In this document: positions 45,966 to 59,830 of the stretch, one piece after another
Position numbering within the stretch: the first letter of the stretch is position 1
Layout: each line of letters begins with the position of its first letter
NCBI GenBank assembly: GCA_048128005.1
Contig: JBEUKZ010000093.1
Location: forward strand, 310,001-374,000
DNA length: 64,000 nucleotides
Direction: 5' to 3'
DNA from: Veleropilina oligotropha
Lineage: Eukaryota
Translations under genes and position numbers: made by a program
The notes under the pieces: model-generated
What the model was told of the DNA's origin: nothing
Seen by the model: only the letters and a program-made list of their open reading frames with translations
Databases searched by the model: none

Positions 45966-46730
45966 TTACTGAGGTTTCTCGCGCTTGTGGATTAGCATAT
46001 GTCGCTTGAGACTGCGTAAAATTGTAAATGACTTGTAACATACATTGCATTGATGAGGTTTCTCTCCCGTGTGGATTAGCATATGCTGTTTGAGGTGGCC
46101 TGATTGGTGAAATGGCTTGTCACATATGCCGCACTGATATGGGGTTTCTCCTGTATGGGTTAAAGTATGTTTACGGAGATTGCTTCCTGTAATAAATGAC
46201 TTGTCGCATAAAGTACATGAATACTGCTTCTCTCCAGTATGGATGGCAGCATGCTGACGGAGATACCGAGAACTTGAATATGACTTGTCACACACAGGGC
46301 ACTGATGCTTCTCTCCAGTATGGATGGCAGAATGCTGACGGAGATTCTGAGAACATGTATATGACTTGTCACACACAATGCATTGGTGAGGTTTTTGTCC
46401 AGTATGAGTTAGCATATGATGCTTGAGAGTGTTTGAATGTGTAAATGACTTATAACACACAGTGCATTGATGGGGTTTCTCTTTTGTGTGGATTAGCATG
46501 TGCACTTTGAGAGCACCTGAACAGCGAAATGATTTGTCGCAGACACTGCATTGATGAGGTTTCTCGTCTGTGTGGATTAGCATATGCCGCTTGATACTGC
46601 CTAAATAGTTGAATGATTTGTCGCAGATGCTACATCTGTACACCGTTTTATCGGGCATGTGTGTGTTCATAGAGACGACTGTCACATAAAGTACATAAAT
46701 ACGTTTTCCATCCTGTTTGGATTGCAGCAT
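45966..46730 (-). CDS. Tandem C2H2 zinc-finger ORF (8 intact fingers); possibly a decaying host gene
   Basis: Eight CxxC..F/Y..L..HxxxH units with TGEKP-like linkers; broken fingers on both sides. Confidence 0.8.
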   Translation of the reverse strand: MLQSKQDGKRIYVLYVTVVSMNTHMPDKTVYRCSICDKSFNYLGSIKRHMLIHTDEKPHQCSVCDKSFRCSGALKVHMLIHTKEKPHQCTVCYKSFTHSNTLKHHMLTHTGQKPHQCIVCDKSYTCSQNLRQHSAIHTGEKHQCPVCDKSYSSSRYLRQHAAIHTGEKQYSCTLCDKSFITGSNLRKHTLTHTGETPYQCGICDKPFHQSGHLKQHMLIHTGEKPHQCNVCYKSFTILRSLKRHMLIHKREKPQ

Positions 46731-47036
46731 GTTACCAAAGATAATGAAAATTTGAAGATGACTTGCAGGGGTCTCTCCAAGGATGAGATTTCTATTTCTC
46801 CCCCGTGTGGATTAGCATATTATGGACACAGACACAGACGTGATGGGAATTCTTTCATGTGTAGATTATCATGTTCAGTTTTTCTTGTGGGGCCAAATAT
46901 GCCAACAGAGATGAATGCATTTCATCAACTAAATAACGTCAAAAACTTATTCCTTCTCAATTGCACAATAATAACTAAATATTTTCTGCACGCTGCACTG
47001 GATTCGCGATTTCATCATCGGCGCTGCTGCTGATTA

Positions 47037-47129
47037 TTACGAGACCATGGTGTATTCCTCATCGACTTACGAGACCATGGTGTATTCCTCATCGACTTAC
47101 GAGACCATGGTGTATTCCTCATCGACTTG
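47037..47129. repeat. 30-bp tandem repeat x3
   Basis: ttacgagaccatggtgtattcctcatcgac repeated. Confidence 0.9.
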
Positions 47130-48039
47130 TCAGAGTTCGGTCCGTGTTCAAGACACCTGAAAATTAATAGAAAGGCAACATACTCAGTATTTTATGTTTT
47201 CTGGTAACTGACACTTAGGTTTGATATTGATTAGTAATTTACATAATAAGAATCCTTTAGAATAAAGGTTGCCATGTTTATAAATAAAACATCTATGAAA
47301 TCACTTTATAATGTCTAATTATCGTAAACACACATTGTTTATATATATATTATATATTAGTCTGGGGATTCCTCTGTTTTGGAAAAGCAATGTGTTACAA
47401 CGCTTTCAATTGTAGAATAAAGACGAAATTTACAATGTAACATGTTAAAGAATATGTACAATATGATTTGGTAGCTTTTGGCAAGTTTGACGAATACATA
47501 TCTTATTGTAATATTTTCTCATAACGCTGGATCGCTAGACCTTTTCATAGGCATGATGAAAACGTTTCTTGAGCAATTGGTTTACTGACCGTTTCTAAAA
47601 CGCACAGTGGTTGACTTCTGGATCCGTGAGCTGCCAACGATGTGTGATACATGTATATAGCTACTCAACCTTAGCATTTTTTAGTCTTGTAAAATACTGG
47701 TTAAGTGCCGGTACTGGCATCCGTACCACGGTATGCATAGACTTGCATTGAAAATTGCGGTATACCGGTAAAACTGCGCACCTCTAGTGAGTACTCGCAT
47801 TGATCTTACTCGTGTTGGCATTTGTACAACCAAAATTTGTATCATTCTTGTACAAATTTCTGACAAATTATCTATGATGTAAATGGAAAGCAATTAAAAT
47901 GTCAGTTTCATTTAATTCAGCATCACAAATGTAAAATTTTGTTATTACTTACGTCTTTGTATCTGTTGTATTGACCCCAAAATGAATCTTCGCTCTGGAT
48001 ATCCGATACACGTACAATCAATTTATAATCACGACTGTT

Positions 48040-48177
48040 AGCATCACCTGAAACAAAGAACAGATGCCAGTAATTGAGATTGTATGCATCACCTGAAACA
48101 AAGAACAGATGCCAGTAATTGAGATTGTATGCATCACCTGAAACAAAGAACAGATGCCAGTAATTGAGATTGTATGC
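48040..48177. repeat. 45-bp tandem repeat x3
   Basis: gcatcacctgaaacaaagaacagatgccagtaattgagattgtat repeated. Confidence 0.9.
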
Positions 48178-49553
48178 ACATTGATGGACTCTGGTAATGA
48201 CACAAAATTGTTCCAAGCACCACTAGCATTAGGTCGATAACAATTGAGGTATATTACCTAGATCCTGCAGAATTATGCGACTTGTATAATTTTGGCAAAA
48301 TTTAGCATGGAATCTCAACAATTCAGCTTTGCTGTGTATACTGCATAATTTAAAAAAATTCTTCAATAACATAAGAGAATATTATAACCTTTCCGAATAT
48401 ATGACATGTAACAATTACATAATAATTATTTACCATCAAAATTAATTAATTAACTTGTTTTAATATAGATGGCTTGTGTGTATACACCCGATGAGCATCA
48501 GCTTCATTGACAAGCTAGACCACCCTGACTGTGTCTACATGATTTTCATCTCTCTAAGTTTAATTGTTATCGTATGTATGCTTGCATATGATGGCATGTT
48601 ATAATATCGCATTTGTATGAGGAATACATCAACACTGTTTGTGCACATCTAATTTTGACAACGGTGGTCCCTGTAGGAACTGACCTGCCAAAACACTGAT
48701 GACATGGATGAGGGAAATGCAGGATTAAAACTCCATCGCACCACCATTATCCAGCTAATTTTATTTATATTCATGACTTCCCCAAAATTTAAGCAATTGT
48801 ATTTGTGATCCCGTGAGGATAGCAATGCGAATCATGTGACCCGACATTATTGTGCGTGCTCAAATACAAGACATTCTACATTTGATTATTGGAGGCCTGC
48901 ATTTGATAATCAATATTTGAGAGATTTTAAGATGGATGGTCCTATTCAATGTAGATTGGCATCCAGGCGGCATAAAGTAAAGGAGGCGATATACCACTGA
49001 TTTATCACATGAATTGCATTATGACAGCTAATATTTCACCATGCGGAGCACGTGATAAACTGATATATGGGATGCATTGTAAATCGACAATCGCTTTTCT
49101 CATATGTGAATATTGGATAAACGATAAATATGAACAACAAATATTTCACCTTGCATAGAACGGGTTAAAGCTTGTTATGCTTAAGATTGAAGCAATTTTC
49201 ATATAATTGGAGTACTTGAGTATGCATTTTGAGTAGGTGATAAATGAGGTTTTAATGTAAACCTAATATTAGTATAAAACATACTTACGTCCTTACTCTT
49301 GCCATAATAGTAATATTATTGCCAACCGGAAACAGTGAATAAGTCACGTTATGCACTATTAATAAGTCAAAGACGCAAAAACGTACCACGGTTACCTCCC
49401 CTGCTCCTCCTCAACCACGTTCCCCCGCGAGATCTCGCCAAGTCTCGCGAGACTTCTGAACCATAGAAGTCACATGACATCAATTCAAAGTTCAAAAACC
49501 ACAAAGGAACGTAGTAGAGGGGAGGAATGCGAAACGCAGGGTGGGTAATCGTG

Positions 49554-49644
49554 GTAAGGACGTAAGTATGTTTTATACTAATATTAGGTTTACATTAAAA
49601 CCTCATATATAGTTACAAACATACTTACGTCCTTACTCTTGCCA
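49554..49644. repeat. DIRS internal complementary region (ICR)
   Basis: First half is the reverse complement of 49244-49296; second half is the reverse complement of 56656-56689. Confidence 0.9.
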
Positions 49645-50478
49645 GAATAACCTTGGATAGGTGGGTAAGACGTTCCTTACAACAAACCCAAACAAGATAA
49701 TGACTTACTTGTTACCAATTCAATCAGCATGAAGCGTCGATTGTGTCCGCCTAGAGTGGAATTTTTACTGAGTATTATATTCTACTCTTACCAAGCGAGA
49801 ATTTCGACCAGTGTTACCGGGAGAATACGCCGTGGTGTGAGTCGGACGAGGTGAACGCAAGTGCAATCAGCCCCAGGCACGGCCGGAAGGATAAATCCCT
49901 GTAGGTCTTACGTGTCATGGACCAGTGGCAGCCAAATGGTACTCCTGGCCGAAGGCCGGTAGCCAGAGGATGCAGTCGGATTTGTAAGCACACGGAACCT
50001 AACAGGTTGTGAAAGCTTTAAATCAAAAGCAAAGAATTAATAGATTATTATAAATAATCGATATTAATAAGTAATTCGCATGACCAACTTGCGAACGCTA
50101 ACATGGACGACATGTCACTTAAAATAAATTTTAAGGAAGCAAAAATGTTCGACATGTTACTTAAAAATAAATGTTAAGGAATCAACATTTTTTAATGTAT
50201 TGAACATCGTATGTTCGATTACAGCAAAGAACAAATTAATATTGAACCTCAATCTTTTTTAAGATTTGTGCAAAATTATAAGAGTTGTTTTATTAAATTC
50301 AATGTAATCTGGCTGTCAACTGCTCAGGTCTGACATGAAAAGTACAAAATCTTAAATTAGATTTAAGAAATGAACAGACATTGAACTGCCTCATAGGTGT
50401 TAATTTTCGTAGCACCGTTGGCCAACAAAAATAAAATGGCGTCAGTAAATATGCAAATGATCAATCAGAGAACAATAC

Positions 50479-52092
50479 TTACTGATTAGAAGACCTCGGT
50501 CTAACAATAACCCTTTGTGCAGCAACACACTGTAAGCTGCTCAGGCCATCAGCACTTGTTGAGTAGTCCCGCAGATAATGTTTGACAAACACATTAGCGT
50601 TTTTCCAATATCCAGCCTGGAGTAACGCATTGATATTTAAATTATGTCGGAATGCTACAGACGCGGCAATTGCCCGGACTTCATGTGCGCGGACCGATAA
50701 AATAGTTCGGTCGTCGTCATCACAACGGATGTAAACATCTCTCACAGTTTGTGAAATCCACCGCGAAACAGTTGTCCTCGTAATGTCGCGGGTGTAAGTA
50801 GGCAAATACGATACGAATAAACGTAATTTCCCTGTCCGCATTTCACGGGTTCTGTCTAGGTAGAAGCGAAGCGCCCGTACCGGGCAATTGAGGCGGTCTG
50901 CATCGTGCCGTCCGACTAGCGTTAGCTTGGGAATAACAACATCGGGTGCGTCCTCGTTCGGCCGTTGGTTCTTGGCTAGAAAGCCAAGAATAGGACGCAG
51001 TATCACCGACCCGTCTGACTGGAATCGTATATCTCGTAGCTCGGAGGAGAAAGCATGGATCTCGGAACAACGCCTGCCCGACGCTAAGGCGATCAGAAAA
51101 ACCGTTTTGTGCGTCAAGTTCCTCATGGTTATCTCGGACATCGGCTCATACGGGGGTAAGAGTAATGCGTTAAGAATAAGTACGATATTCCAGGCAGGTG
51201 GCTTAATTCTTCGGGTCGGTATCTCGAGTTCGTAAGATCGTATAAAATCTGATATCGTTCGGTCGCTTGATAGGCCAGCATGGGCACGACACTGCTTTAG
51301 CGTGGTCGCGATCGTTGCCCGATAGCCTTTGACGGCGGACACTGACATACCGCGGTCGAAGAGCGACGATAAAAACTCGATAAACTTGTTCACAGGGGGA
51401 CGGAGTATATTGACCTGCCTGCTGTGACACCAATCCACGTACTTAACCCATCGGTAGTCATAGACTTTTGTAGTGGAAATCCTTCTCGATCGATAGATAC
51501 GTAAGGCTGTAGCTTTAGAAAATCCTTTCTTAGCAAGGGATCGTTCGATAACCGCCAGGCGTGTAAACGTAAGTGGTTCGGCGACTCGTGGAGTACACGG
51601 GTGCGTGGTTGCATTAACAGGTCTAGTTTCTGCGGTAACGCTAACGGTCGATCGACGATCAGATCGAGTAGGGTCGGAAACCAAGGTTGCGTGCGATAGA
51701 GGGGCGCTATTAGCGTTATCTCGCAACGTTCGGTCGCTGCCTTCTGTAATACCAGTGATAGAATGCACGTCGGGGGGAAGGCACACGCGGACAGATTCTC
51801 CCATGTCATTGACAGTGCGTCGACCGCTAGGGCGGCCGGGTCTGGGTACGGGGAGACATACAGAGGTAGTCGGTAATTGAATTCTGTTGCAAACAAATCG
51901 ACTTGGGGTTGTAACCACCGGCGACAAACGTCCCGAGCTACTCGGCTGTGTAGCGTCCACTCTGTGTGTATTATCTGTGATTTCCGAGAGAGCGAATCCG
52001 CTCTGACATTCAGCTTTCCCGGGATGTGTCGGGCTCGAATCGTCGAGTTGAGGGACATCACTAAGCGGTGTAGGTCTATTGCTCGGTCGCAA
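50479..52092 (-). CDS. DIRS tyrosine recombinase (true start uncertain; overlaps pol)
   Basis: LASGRRCSEI, RAHEVRA, GYWKNANVFVKHY give the R-HxxR-W-Y catalytic set; N-terminal YDYRWVKYVDWC helical domain. Confidence 0.9.
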   Translation of the reverse strand: MRPSNRPTPLSDVPQLDDSSPTHPGKAECQSGFALSEITDNTHRVDATQPSSSGRLSPVVTTPSRFVCNRIQLPTTSVCLPVPRPGRPSGRRTVNDMGESVRVCLPPDVHSITGITEGSDRTLRDNANSAPLSHATLVSDPTRSDRRSTVSVTAETRPVNATTHPCTPRVAEPLTFTRLAVIERSLAKKGFSKATALRIYRSRRISTTKVYDYRWVKYVDWCHSRQVNILRPPVNKFIEFLSSLFDRGMSVSAVKGYRATIATTLKQCRAHAGLSSDRTISDFIRSYELEIPTRRIKPPAWNIVLILNALLLPPYEPMSEITMRNLTHKTVFLIALASGRRCSEIHAFSSELRDIRFQSDGSVILRPILGFLAKNQRPNEDAPDVVIPKLTLVGRHDADRLNCPVRALRFYLDRTREMRTGKLRLFVSYLPTYTRDITRTTVSRWISQTVRDVYIRCDDDDRTILSVRAHEVRAIAASVAFRHNLNINALLQAGYWKNANVFVKHYLRDYSTSADGLSSLQCVAAQRVIVRPRSSNQ

Positions 52093-53300
52093 AGGGGACG
52101 CGAGCGAGTGCCGCCCTGGTGCTGTATGTAAGCGACGACAGTCGTGTTGTCCGTGGCGAGCATTATGTGCTTGTTGCGGAGATGTAACGAGAGGGACCGT
52201 ACTGACAGGTAGACGGCTCTAACTCTAGGAAGTTGATATGTCGTCCCTGAAGGTCTATCGGCCATAGGCCTGATGTCTCGTAACTGTCGAGGTGACCACC
52301 CCAGCCGTCGTTCGAAGCGTCTGTGAACAGGTAAGCGTTCGGCTCTGGTGGGGATATAGGAACCGACTGGTCCGGCAAAGCGGGGTTCAACCACACTGCT
52401 GTCGTGTCGGTAAACCAATGCCGTAGATCGATGCGATCCGTCCACTGCCCCGTCCGTTGTATCCAGCGATCCCTGAACGCCTGTTGTAACGGTCTTTTGT
52501 CCATGCGACCCGTCGGTAGCAGGGGCGCTACCGACTCGATGTGCCCCAGGACAGTGGCCAGTTGTCGCGCCGTAGTTATGTCCGATGACAGGGTGTCTTG
52601 GATAACCGCGCGTAGGTTCCGCATACGCTTCTGGGTCGGCTTCGCGGTGTACCGGACCGTATCGAAGTCGACTCCGAGGAACGTAAACGTCGTCGAGGGC
52701 ACGAAGCAGGATTTCGTCTCGTTGATCTGAAATCCCAGGCGCTTCGTCGATGACAGGGTAAAGCTCGTAGACCGGAGGCACAGATCCCGGGACGCCCCGA
52801 GGATCAGCCAGTCGTCGAGGTACATATGTACCCTGTGCCCTAGAGAGTGTAGGAAGGCCCCTAGGGCCTGTACTGTTCTCGTGAAGACGTACGGGGCTGA
52901 CGATAGACCGAACGGTAGGCACCTGAATTGGTAGATCGTCTCCCCGTGTATAAACCGAAGGTACTGATGAGCCGTGACATGCATCGGGACATGCAGATAC
53001 GCGTCGGCGAGATCGATAGACGCTGCCCAGTCGCCCGGACGGATGGCCGCTCGAATCTTCGAGAGGGTTTCTTGCTGGAATTTCTCGGTACGAAGATATC
53101 GGTTTAGGTACGAGAGATCGAGGATCGGTCTCCAGCGGCCATCGGGTTTCGGGACCAGGAAGAAATGACTGTATTATCCTGGTGTGCTGGGCGGCGCGGG
53201 TAGGTCCCGCACTGCCTGGTCTAAGACCGCTCGCTTCTCTCCGATTAGGAGGCGAGCGTGTCTTGGTGGTGGTGCCTCGTTTAGGGTCGGATGCCGGTTG
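51390..53300 (-). pseudogene. DIRS pol: RT + RNase H + adenine-methyltransferase-like domain
   Basis: FLVPK..WRPILDL, IDLADAY, LPFGL, YLDD, FTDAS, HINFLEL, TDNTTV, NVRADSLSR, VDLFA, AFPP. Stop at 53174-53176 and frameshift near 52220. Confidence 0.9.
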
Positions 53301-53329
53301 AACCAACTTGTATCCGGCACTCACGACAG

Positions 53330-55710
53330 AGGGACCCAGCTACTGTCTGGTAGTCTAGCCATGGCTGGCTGTACGCTAACAGATACGCTTCCACCGGCGG
53401 AAGCGGGTAGCTGGGACTGTCGTGTGTGTGCCGGCAGCCCTAGGGCCGAGGCTTCCCTCTCCCGCTCTGCGTACGGGAGCTTGTTGGAGGTGCTTGCCTC
53501 TTCGGAGTGGGTTAATGGCCGGGGCCTACCACCAGAAGAGGGCCATGCACGCTTGGAAGGCTTCGGGGTCCAGGTGGGCCCTGAACGCTTCCTCGAGTCG
53601 GCGGGTGGACCCCCGGGGGGTGCAGCACCGCCTACTCGATGGTACGGTCCGTCAGGTCCGCCGCTCTCTGTCGACGAATTCCGAGAAATCGTCGGCAAAT
53701 AGAGTGGTGGCCGAGCAAGGCACGCATCACAACGAGCGCCGGGTGGCCTCATCTAGCGAGGTGCCTTCAAGGTAAGCGACCCTACGAAGTAGGAGTGCGT
53801 TACCCAGGACACGTCCCGTCTCCAACGCGTTGGTCTCCATAACGGCAGCAACCTCCTGGAGGAAGGACAGGGCAGCCCACGGGCGCCGGGTCCATCCTCC
53901 TGTAATACGGCTATCGTCCCGTCTAGGAAAAATCCTGAACGGACGAAGGCCGCAGAGCCCATCGGGCGGAGCTCTCGAAAGCTTCCAAGGCGAACCCAGG
54001 AACTCTCGCTACAGAGGGAGTGTGACTGGCGGTCAGTCAACGCAACGCTGCGTCAACACGAACCGGCTCAGTCGCCAGGCACGGACCAGTACATGCGAAC
54101 GGGATCGAACGCGAACTGGCCCGGAGGTACCTCCCACTACGGAACCCCGAAGGGTACTCGGTCAGTGGGGAGGACTCCACCGGATTGCGCCCCCGACTGA
54201 GCTTGGTTGTCGAGTCAACACCCGATCAATCAGCCCAGACTGAGGTAAGGAAGAAAGCAAGGGGGCTTCCTTCTCAACAAACCGATGCGCCGCCGTCCTG
54301 TGCTTGACCGGGCCTACATACGACCGAGTCGGTTCCGGCAGGTCAAGCACCCCGCGAAGTGACGCAACAGCGTCGAGTTCGGCGGGTGGTGGAGGTCGGC
54401 TCCTGCGTGCCTGGAAGACTACCAGCGTCTTCGGGCCCGACCGATACAGGGAGGTCGGAGTGAGTGGAGTCGAGGTCCTCGTTGGAACGAGGTTCGATCC
54501 CCACCACGGAGGCAGGAGCCGTGCTCTGCGCCACAGGCAGAGGTGTAGGTACCTGGAGCGGCTAGGAAGCCGGTTACCAGGCCCGACATCGGGACTCGAA
54601 CTCCGCCGCGAACATAGCCTGGACGTTCTCTAAAGAGAAACCCGGAGGCATGACGGGCGTCGAACTAACAGCCGGTAGTTCGGTCGAAGTCACCGTGGCG
54701 CTAGGTAGACGGGCTGCATGGACAGGTGTAGCCGAGAACCAGGGTCTCGGGACACGTGTCGAGTGGTCGAACCCGAAAGAACGGCCCGGAGGCGCGTTCG
54801 GTGGGCCGGACGACCGGTAGGACTGCGGCAACAGTCCGTATCGGTCTACCACTCTGTTCGAGCGAGGCACGGACGGAAAACCGCCGTAGAACCCCGTCCC
54901 GAACGCAGCCGGTCTGTCCACGTTCTCTAGCGTGACCACGGTGGGTGCACGGGAGAGACCGGGCCCTCTGAATGTTTCGTGAGCTTCGAGGTTGAGCGGA
55001 AAACCCTTAGGGGTAGTCGCATCGTTCTCGACCGAGGATTCAGGTTTCGCCGATTGTCCGAGTCTTAGACCTACAAGTAGGTGCCCGGCCTCTTTAAAGG
55101 CTTTCTCTGCATTGAGTCTGTCCCCTTCGCTAGAAGGAGAGTTTCTCGCAGAAGGACTAACTGTCCCCTTATTCTTCGAGGCCGAAGAAAAGGATGGGGA
55201 TGGTCTGCCCTGTACAGCTGTTCGCTGCGCTGTCATATATACCTTGCTAGCCGGCAAGGTATGGCTGACTGCAGTTACTAGGCCCGGTTGAGGCGGAACG
55301 GTCGGCACTCGGGCCTTTACCTGAATCTGGGGTCCCGGCAAGGGTTCGGTGACTCCCCCAAGAGTCGCGGAGGTATCGCCGGTAGACCCGGCGACAGATG
55401 GTGCTTTACGTCGGCTGTCGTCCAGCGTCCCTGAAGTAGACAAAGAAGAATTATCCCTTAACTTACTGTCTGCAAACAACCCCTTTTCCTGCCCCTTTTC
55501 CCGAGGAGGGCCCACCGTGGCAGTCGCCCTGGTCGACTTACCCGGTTGGGATAGAACCGCCCACTGCTTGTCTGTAAAAACAAGGCACAAATCACACTGA
55601 AGTTTAATTTTACTACAACTACGGTGAATACGGCATTCCGTGTGCGTATCAAAACCCGTGAATTTTCTGGTTACACCCGGAGCTACTGCACCGGACCAGA
55701 GGGTATACAC
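53330..55710 (-). pseudogene. DIRS gag-like ORF1, interrupted by stops
   Basis: N-terminal DTHTECRIHRSC..CDLC..QW Zn-finger, then low-complexity Ser/Pro sequence; located upstream of pol. Extent below 54574 is inferred. Confidence 0.6.
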
Positions 55711-58508
55711 GGGAGGATAGTAGTGGGTATACGGGGTAGTGAAATAGGTATATATATGGTAGTTGTGACTATACTACGACAACTCCTAGAATTGCCCTGA
55801 TCTGAAGATCAAAGATCAAGCGATATACCGCAAAGCGCAAAAAACGCAAAAAACCCCGCACTGGGAACACCGAGGTCGGGTATTTACCCGACACGACCCG
55901 GTAAAAAACCCGGGTAATTGACTAGAACAAACGGGGGTTTTCTCTTAGAAAAAACCGCCCAGAAAAACACCTGAAAAGACCTCGTGGATGTTTTTATGTT
56001 AGTACAATGGTGTATTATCCCAGAAACGGCAGGATATCAGAATAACTTAAAGGAATATCAGAACAGTCCTGCCTATTAACGACGCTAGAAATTTTATACA
56101 ATAATAACCAGCAAATAGCGTCGTTAAGGAATTATCCAATATAATGAGTTACCTGTTTGCAGTCTCAAACAATATCAGATAAATATACTGACCAGAAATT
56201 TCAGCTACACACGAAACTTCCCTCTAAGCGGCCATGCTTTTTTCCTTAGCAACGGCGACGCTGTCGGTTACTTGATGTCCAGAACTCCTCGAAGTTTTGA
56301 GAATCACAATCTTCTTATATTCACTTGTGTCTTGTATCCACAACACAGGGTTATATTCCACTACTTATATCATATAAGTATATATTGCGTCCTGATTTAA
56401 CGTGAAATCGGGCGCCTATTTCGAAATATTTGCGGAGCAAAACAACGTCTTTCCGCGGCAGCGGAAAACTTTGAATTGAGGTCTTGTGACTTCTATGGTT
56501 CAGAAGTCTCGCGAGACTTGGCGAGATCTCGCGGGGGAACGTAGGGGAGGGGGAGCAGGGGAGGTAACCGTGGTACGTTTTTGCGTCTTTGACTTATTAA
56601 TAGTGCATAATGTGACTTATTCACTGTTTCCGGTTAGCAATAATATTACTATTATGGCAAGAGTAAGGACGTAAGTATGTTTGTAACTACATTTAAATAC
56701 ACACAATATCCCCTTTTATTGTTTTCTTTCGATTGACAATAATATAAATGAGGGGGGGTGGGGGGGTTGTCAAGGCGGATAATCGTACTCTCTCCACTCA
56801 CAACGAAGAGTTTAGACTTGAGGTATAAACGCATATCAGCAACGACGTCAACCTTTAACAACCCCTTCTTCCCAAAGATCACGTGACTGGAATCCTGTTC
56901 CAGATGTTGTCACGCGCGTTTTGCGAACCTGCGCATTTCGCGAACCAACCAGCACAAGTACGAATCCGTAATTGGCGCAACCGTTCGCGAGTTCCAGAGT
57001 ATCAGGTGTTGTCCATATATCCATTACCAATGCATATGTATGCATAAAAGTGCCTTTAGCAACCCATACACATGCAATGAAAAACTTTAACCGAAAATGA
57101 CACGCCGACGACGACGGAAAATGTAATCCCTAAGTCTCGCTTTCCCTTCGGGGCGAGACAAAAACCCTGTATTAAAATAATCATCTTTTTATAATAGCGT
57201 TCCAGGTGGTGAAAGACTATACTAGCTGTTGAACTACGACTGAATTTATGGTGATAATCTCGCTCCTGTAATTATCTTTATATTGTCTGTGTACATTATA
57301 ATGGTCTCGTTATAATATAATTCAAATATAACTGTAATTTCCATGTATCATATAGATGTCCTATATATGATGAAAAGGTGTTTGTTCGGCACTGTATTCA
57401 ACCTCATTACTTGAACAAGTCAATTATAATCTCGATTGGTTGTTTATTTAAGATTGTTAAAAGGCAACGGTAAATCACCAGGTGAAAGGCATGTTTGTTT
57501 CTGCCTCGTGTGCTAGTGACCTCACAGGTAGGCAATGAGGTCATCAAGCATCACACCTGATAATGTACCGGTGTCTTTTAACAATTCTAGGTACTTCCTT
57601 GTTATCTCCCCCCCCCCCACTATTGAAAATCGCTAAAACACACATACAAGTACGCATATTCAGGGTAGTACCATACAGGCAAATGCAGCTTGCGATAAGA
57701 TGCACATGATGGGTACGTAGTTGTATTGGCTTTACAAACGTATATGACAGATATGACTGAACCACTTACAGACAGTTCCCGGTGTAGCGATTTCAAACTA
57801 CCCCCCGGTAACTTGATATCGGTTTCAGGCTACCCCCGGGGGTAAACTTGAAATCGATTTCAAACTACCCCCTCTGATTTCAAATTACCCCCACTTGTTT
57901 ATGACCAACTGTGTATTTGATATGGTGTATTTATTTAATAATATACATGTATTTAAACACAACTAAACTAGAATACTAATACTAGAAATAAGATGCATTT
58001 GCCTTGTACTTTCTTGATAAGATACACGTGATGGGTACGTAGTTGTATTGGCTTTACAAACGTATATACACCGGACCGCCCCATGAGCCTGGACTGACCG
58101 AGGTTCACCTGTTGCTAGTCCCCATGGATTTAACAGTTAGTAATCATTGTTGCATGTTTATTTCCAATTGACCTAGTTGGAGCACAGTTGCGTTGCTTTT
58201 TGCTCGTCAAGTAAAATAGCTTTCTACTTCACAATAACATATATGGATCTACCCTGACTTGTATGTATGTTTTAGCGATTTTCTATAATGGGGGGTGGGG
58301 GGATAACAAGGAAGTACCCAATTCTAAATAAACAACCAATACAGGTATTTACATGAGCTCAATTGTAGACTAATTATTCATATAAATTCAGTCGCAGTTA
58401 ACCAACTATAGGCGCCACCGTTCAGTGCATGGAACGATATAATTGATTATTATTTTCATTTGGGATTTATTTACTATAGACTCTTTATAGCCTAGGTTAC
58501 ATTATACT

Positions 58509-58574
58509 TGAACGATGCAAATAATTTTAGGGAGTGTAAAATTTTACACTCCCTAAAATTATTTGCATCGTTCA
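58509..58574. repeat. Perfect 66-bp palindrome without spacer
   Basis: tgaacgatgcaaataattttagggagtgtaaaa followed by its exact reverse complement. Confidence 0.92.
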
Positions 58575-58934
58575 TGACCAACGTAACTTATGGCGTATAT
58601 TGTCAAGTTCGTCAAACGTGCAACGATTGCGCCAATTACGAATTCGTTACTTAAATTGCGCTAAACGCGCGTCACATAGTGACAATGTCATCCAAGATTC
58701 GAAGTAGTTGAAGTATCAAACAAAAAACATTCAAAGTTCAAGCAGATACTTATATAAATAATTCACTCGCGCCGCAGCCTCGGCTACCATTGAATCCCTA
58801 CCATCAACGTGATTCGTATGGGGTTTTGAAACAGAACAGTACATGCCATAATATTTTCGAATGGAAAACAAGTTGCCGACGAAATTACCTCCCTTTATCA
58901 ATCTGAGAAAGTGTGCTGCATCAACGAATGTCAG

Positions 58935-59090
58935 ACGATTCGCCCCCAAACAAATTCGCCCCCAGACAATTCGCCCCTAGTTTTCGACAATTCGCCCCCA
59001 TGTACATTTCAGACGTTGACAATTCGCCCCCAGGCAATTCGCCCCAAAATGCATATTCGCCCCCAGCCAAATACAAATTCGCCCCCAGTC
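58935..59090. repeat. Cluster of (A)ATTCGCCCC motifs, probably one subterminal end of a DNA transposon
   Basis: Eight attcgcccc motifs at irregular spacing. Confidence 0.6.
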
Positions 59091-59162
59091 AAATGCAAAT
59101 TTAATGCTATGTCATTTTAGGAATGTCTCAGGCGGAATATAGAATGCCCCCAGTCAAATGCA

Positions 59163-59830
<668 letters not shown>

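Larger units (their letters stand above)
49244..56692 (-). mobile_element. Complete DIRS1-type tyrosine-recombinase retrotransposon (decayed)
   Basis: Inverted terminal repeats 49244-49492 and 56467-56690; internal complementary region 49554-49644; gag, RT-RNaseH-MT and YR ORFs. Confidence 0.93.

Noticed and set aside
47030..47160. Upstream coding exon of the zinc-finger gene
   Set aside because: A plausible splice acceptor exists at ~47157, but all three frames hit stops before reaching the fingers.
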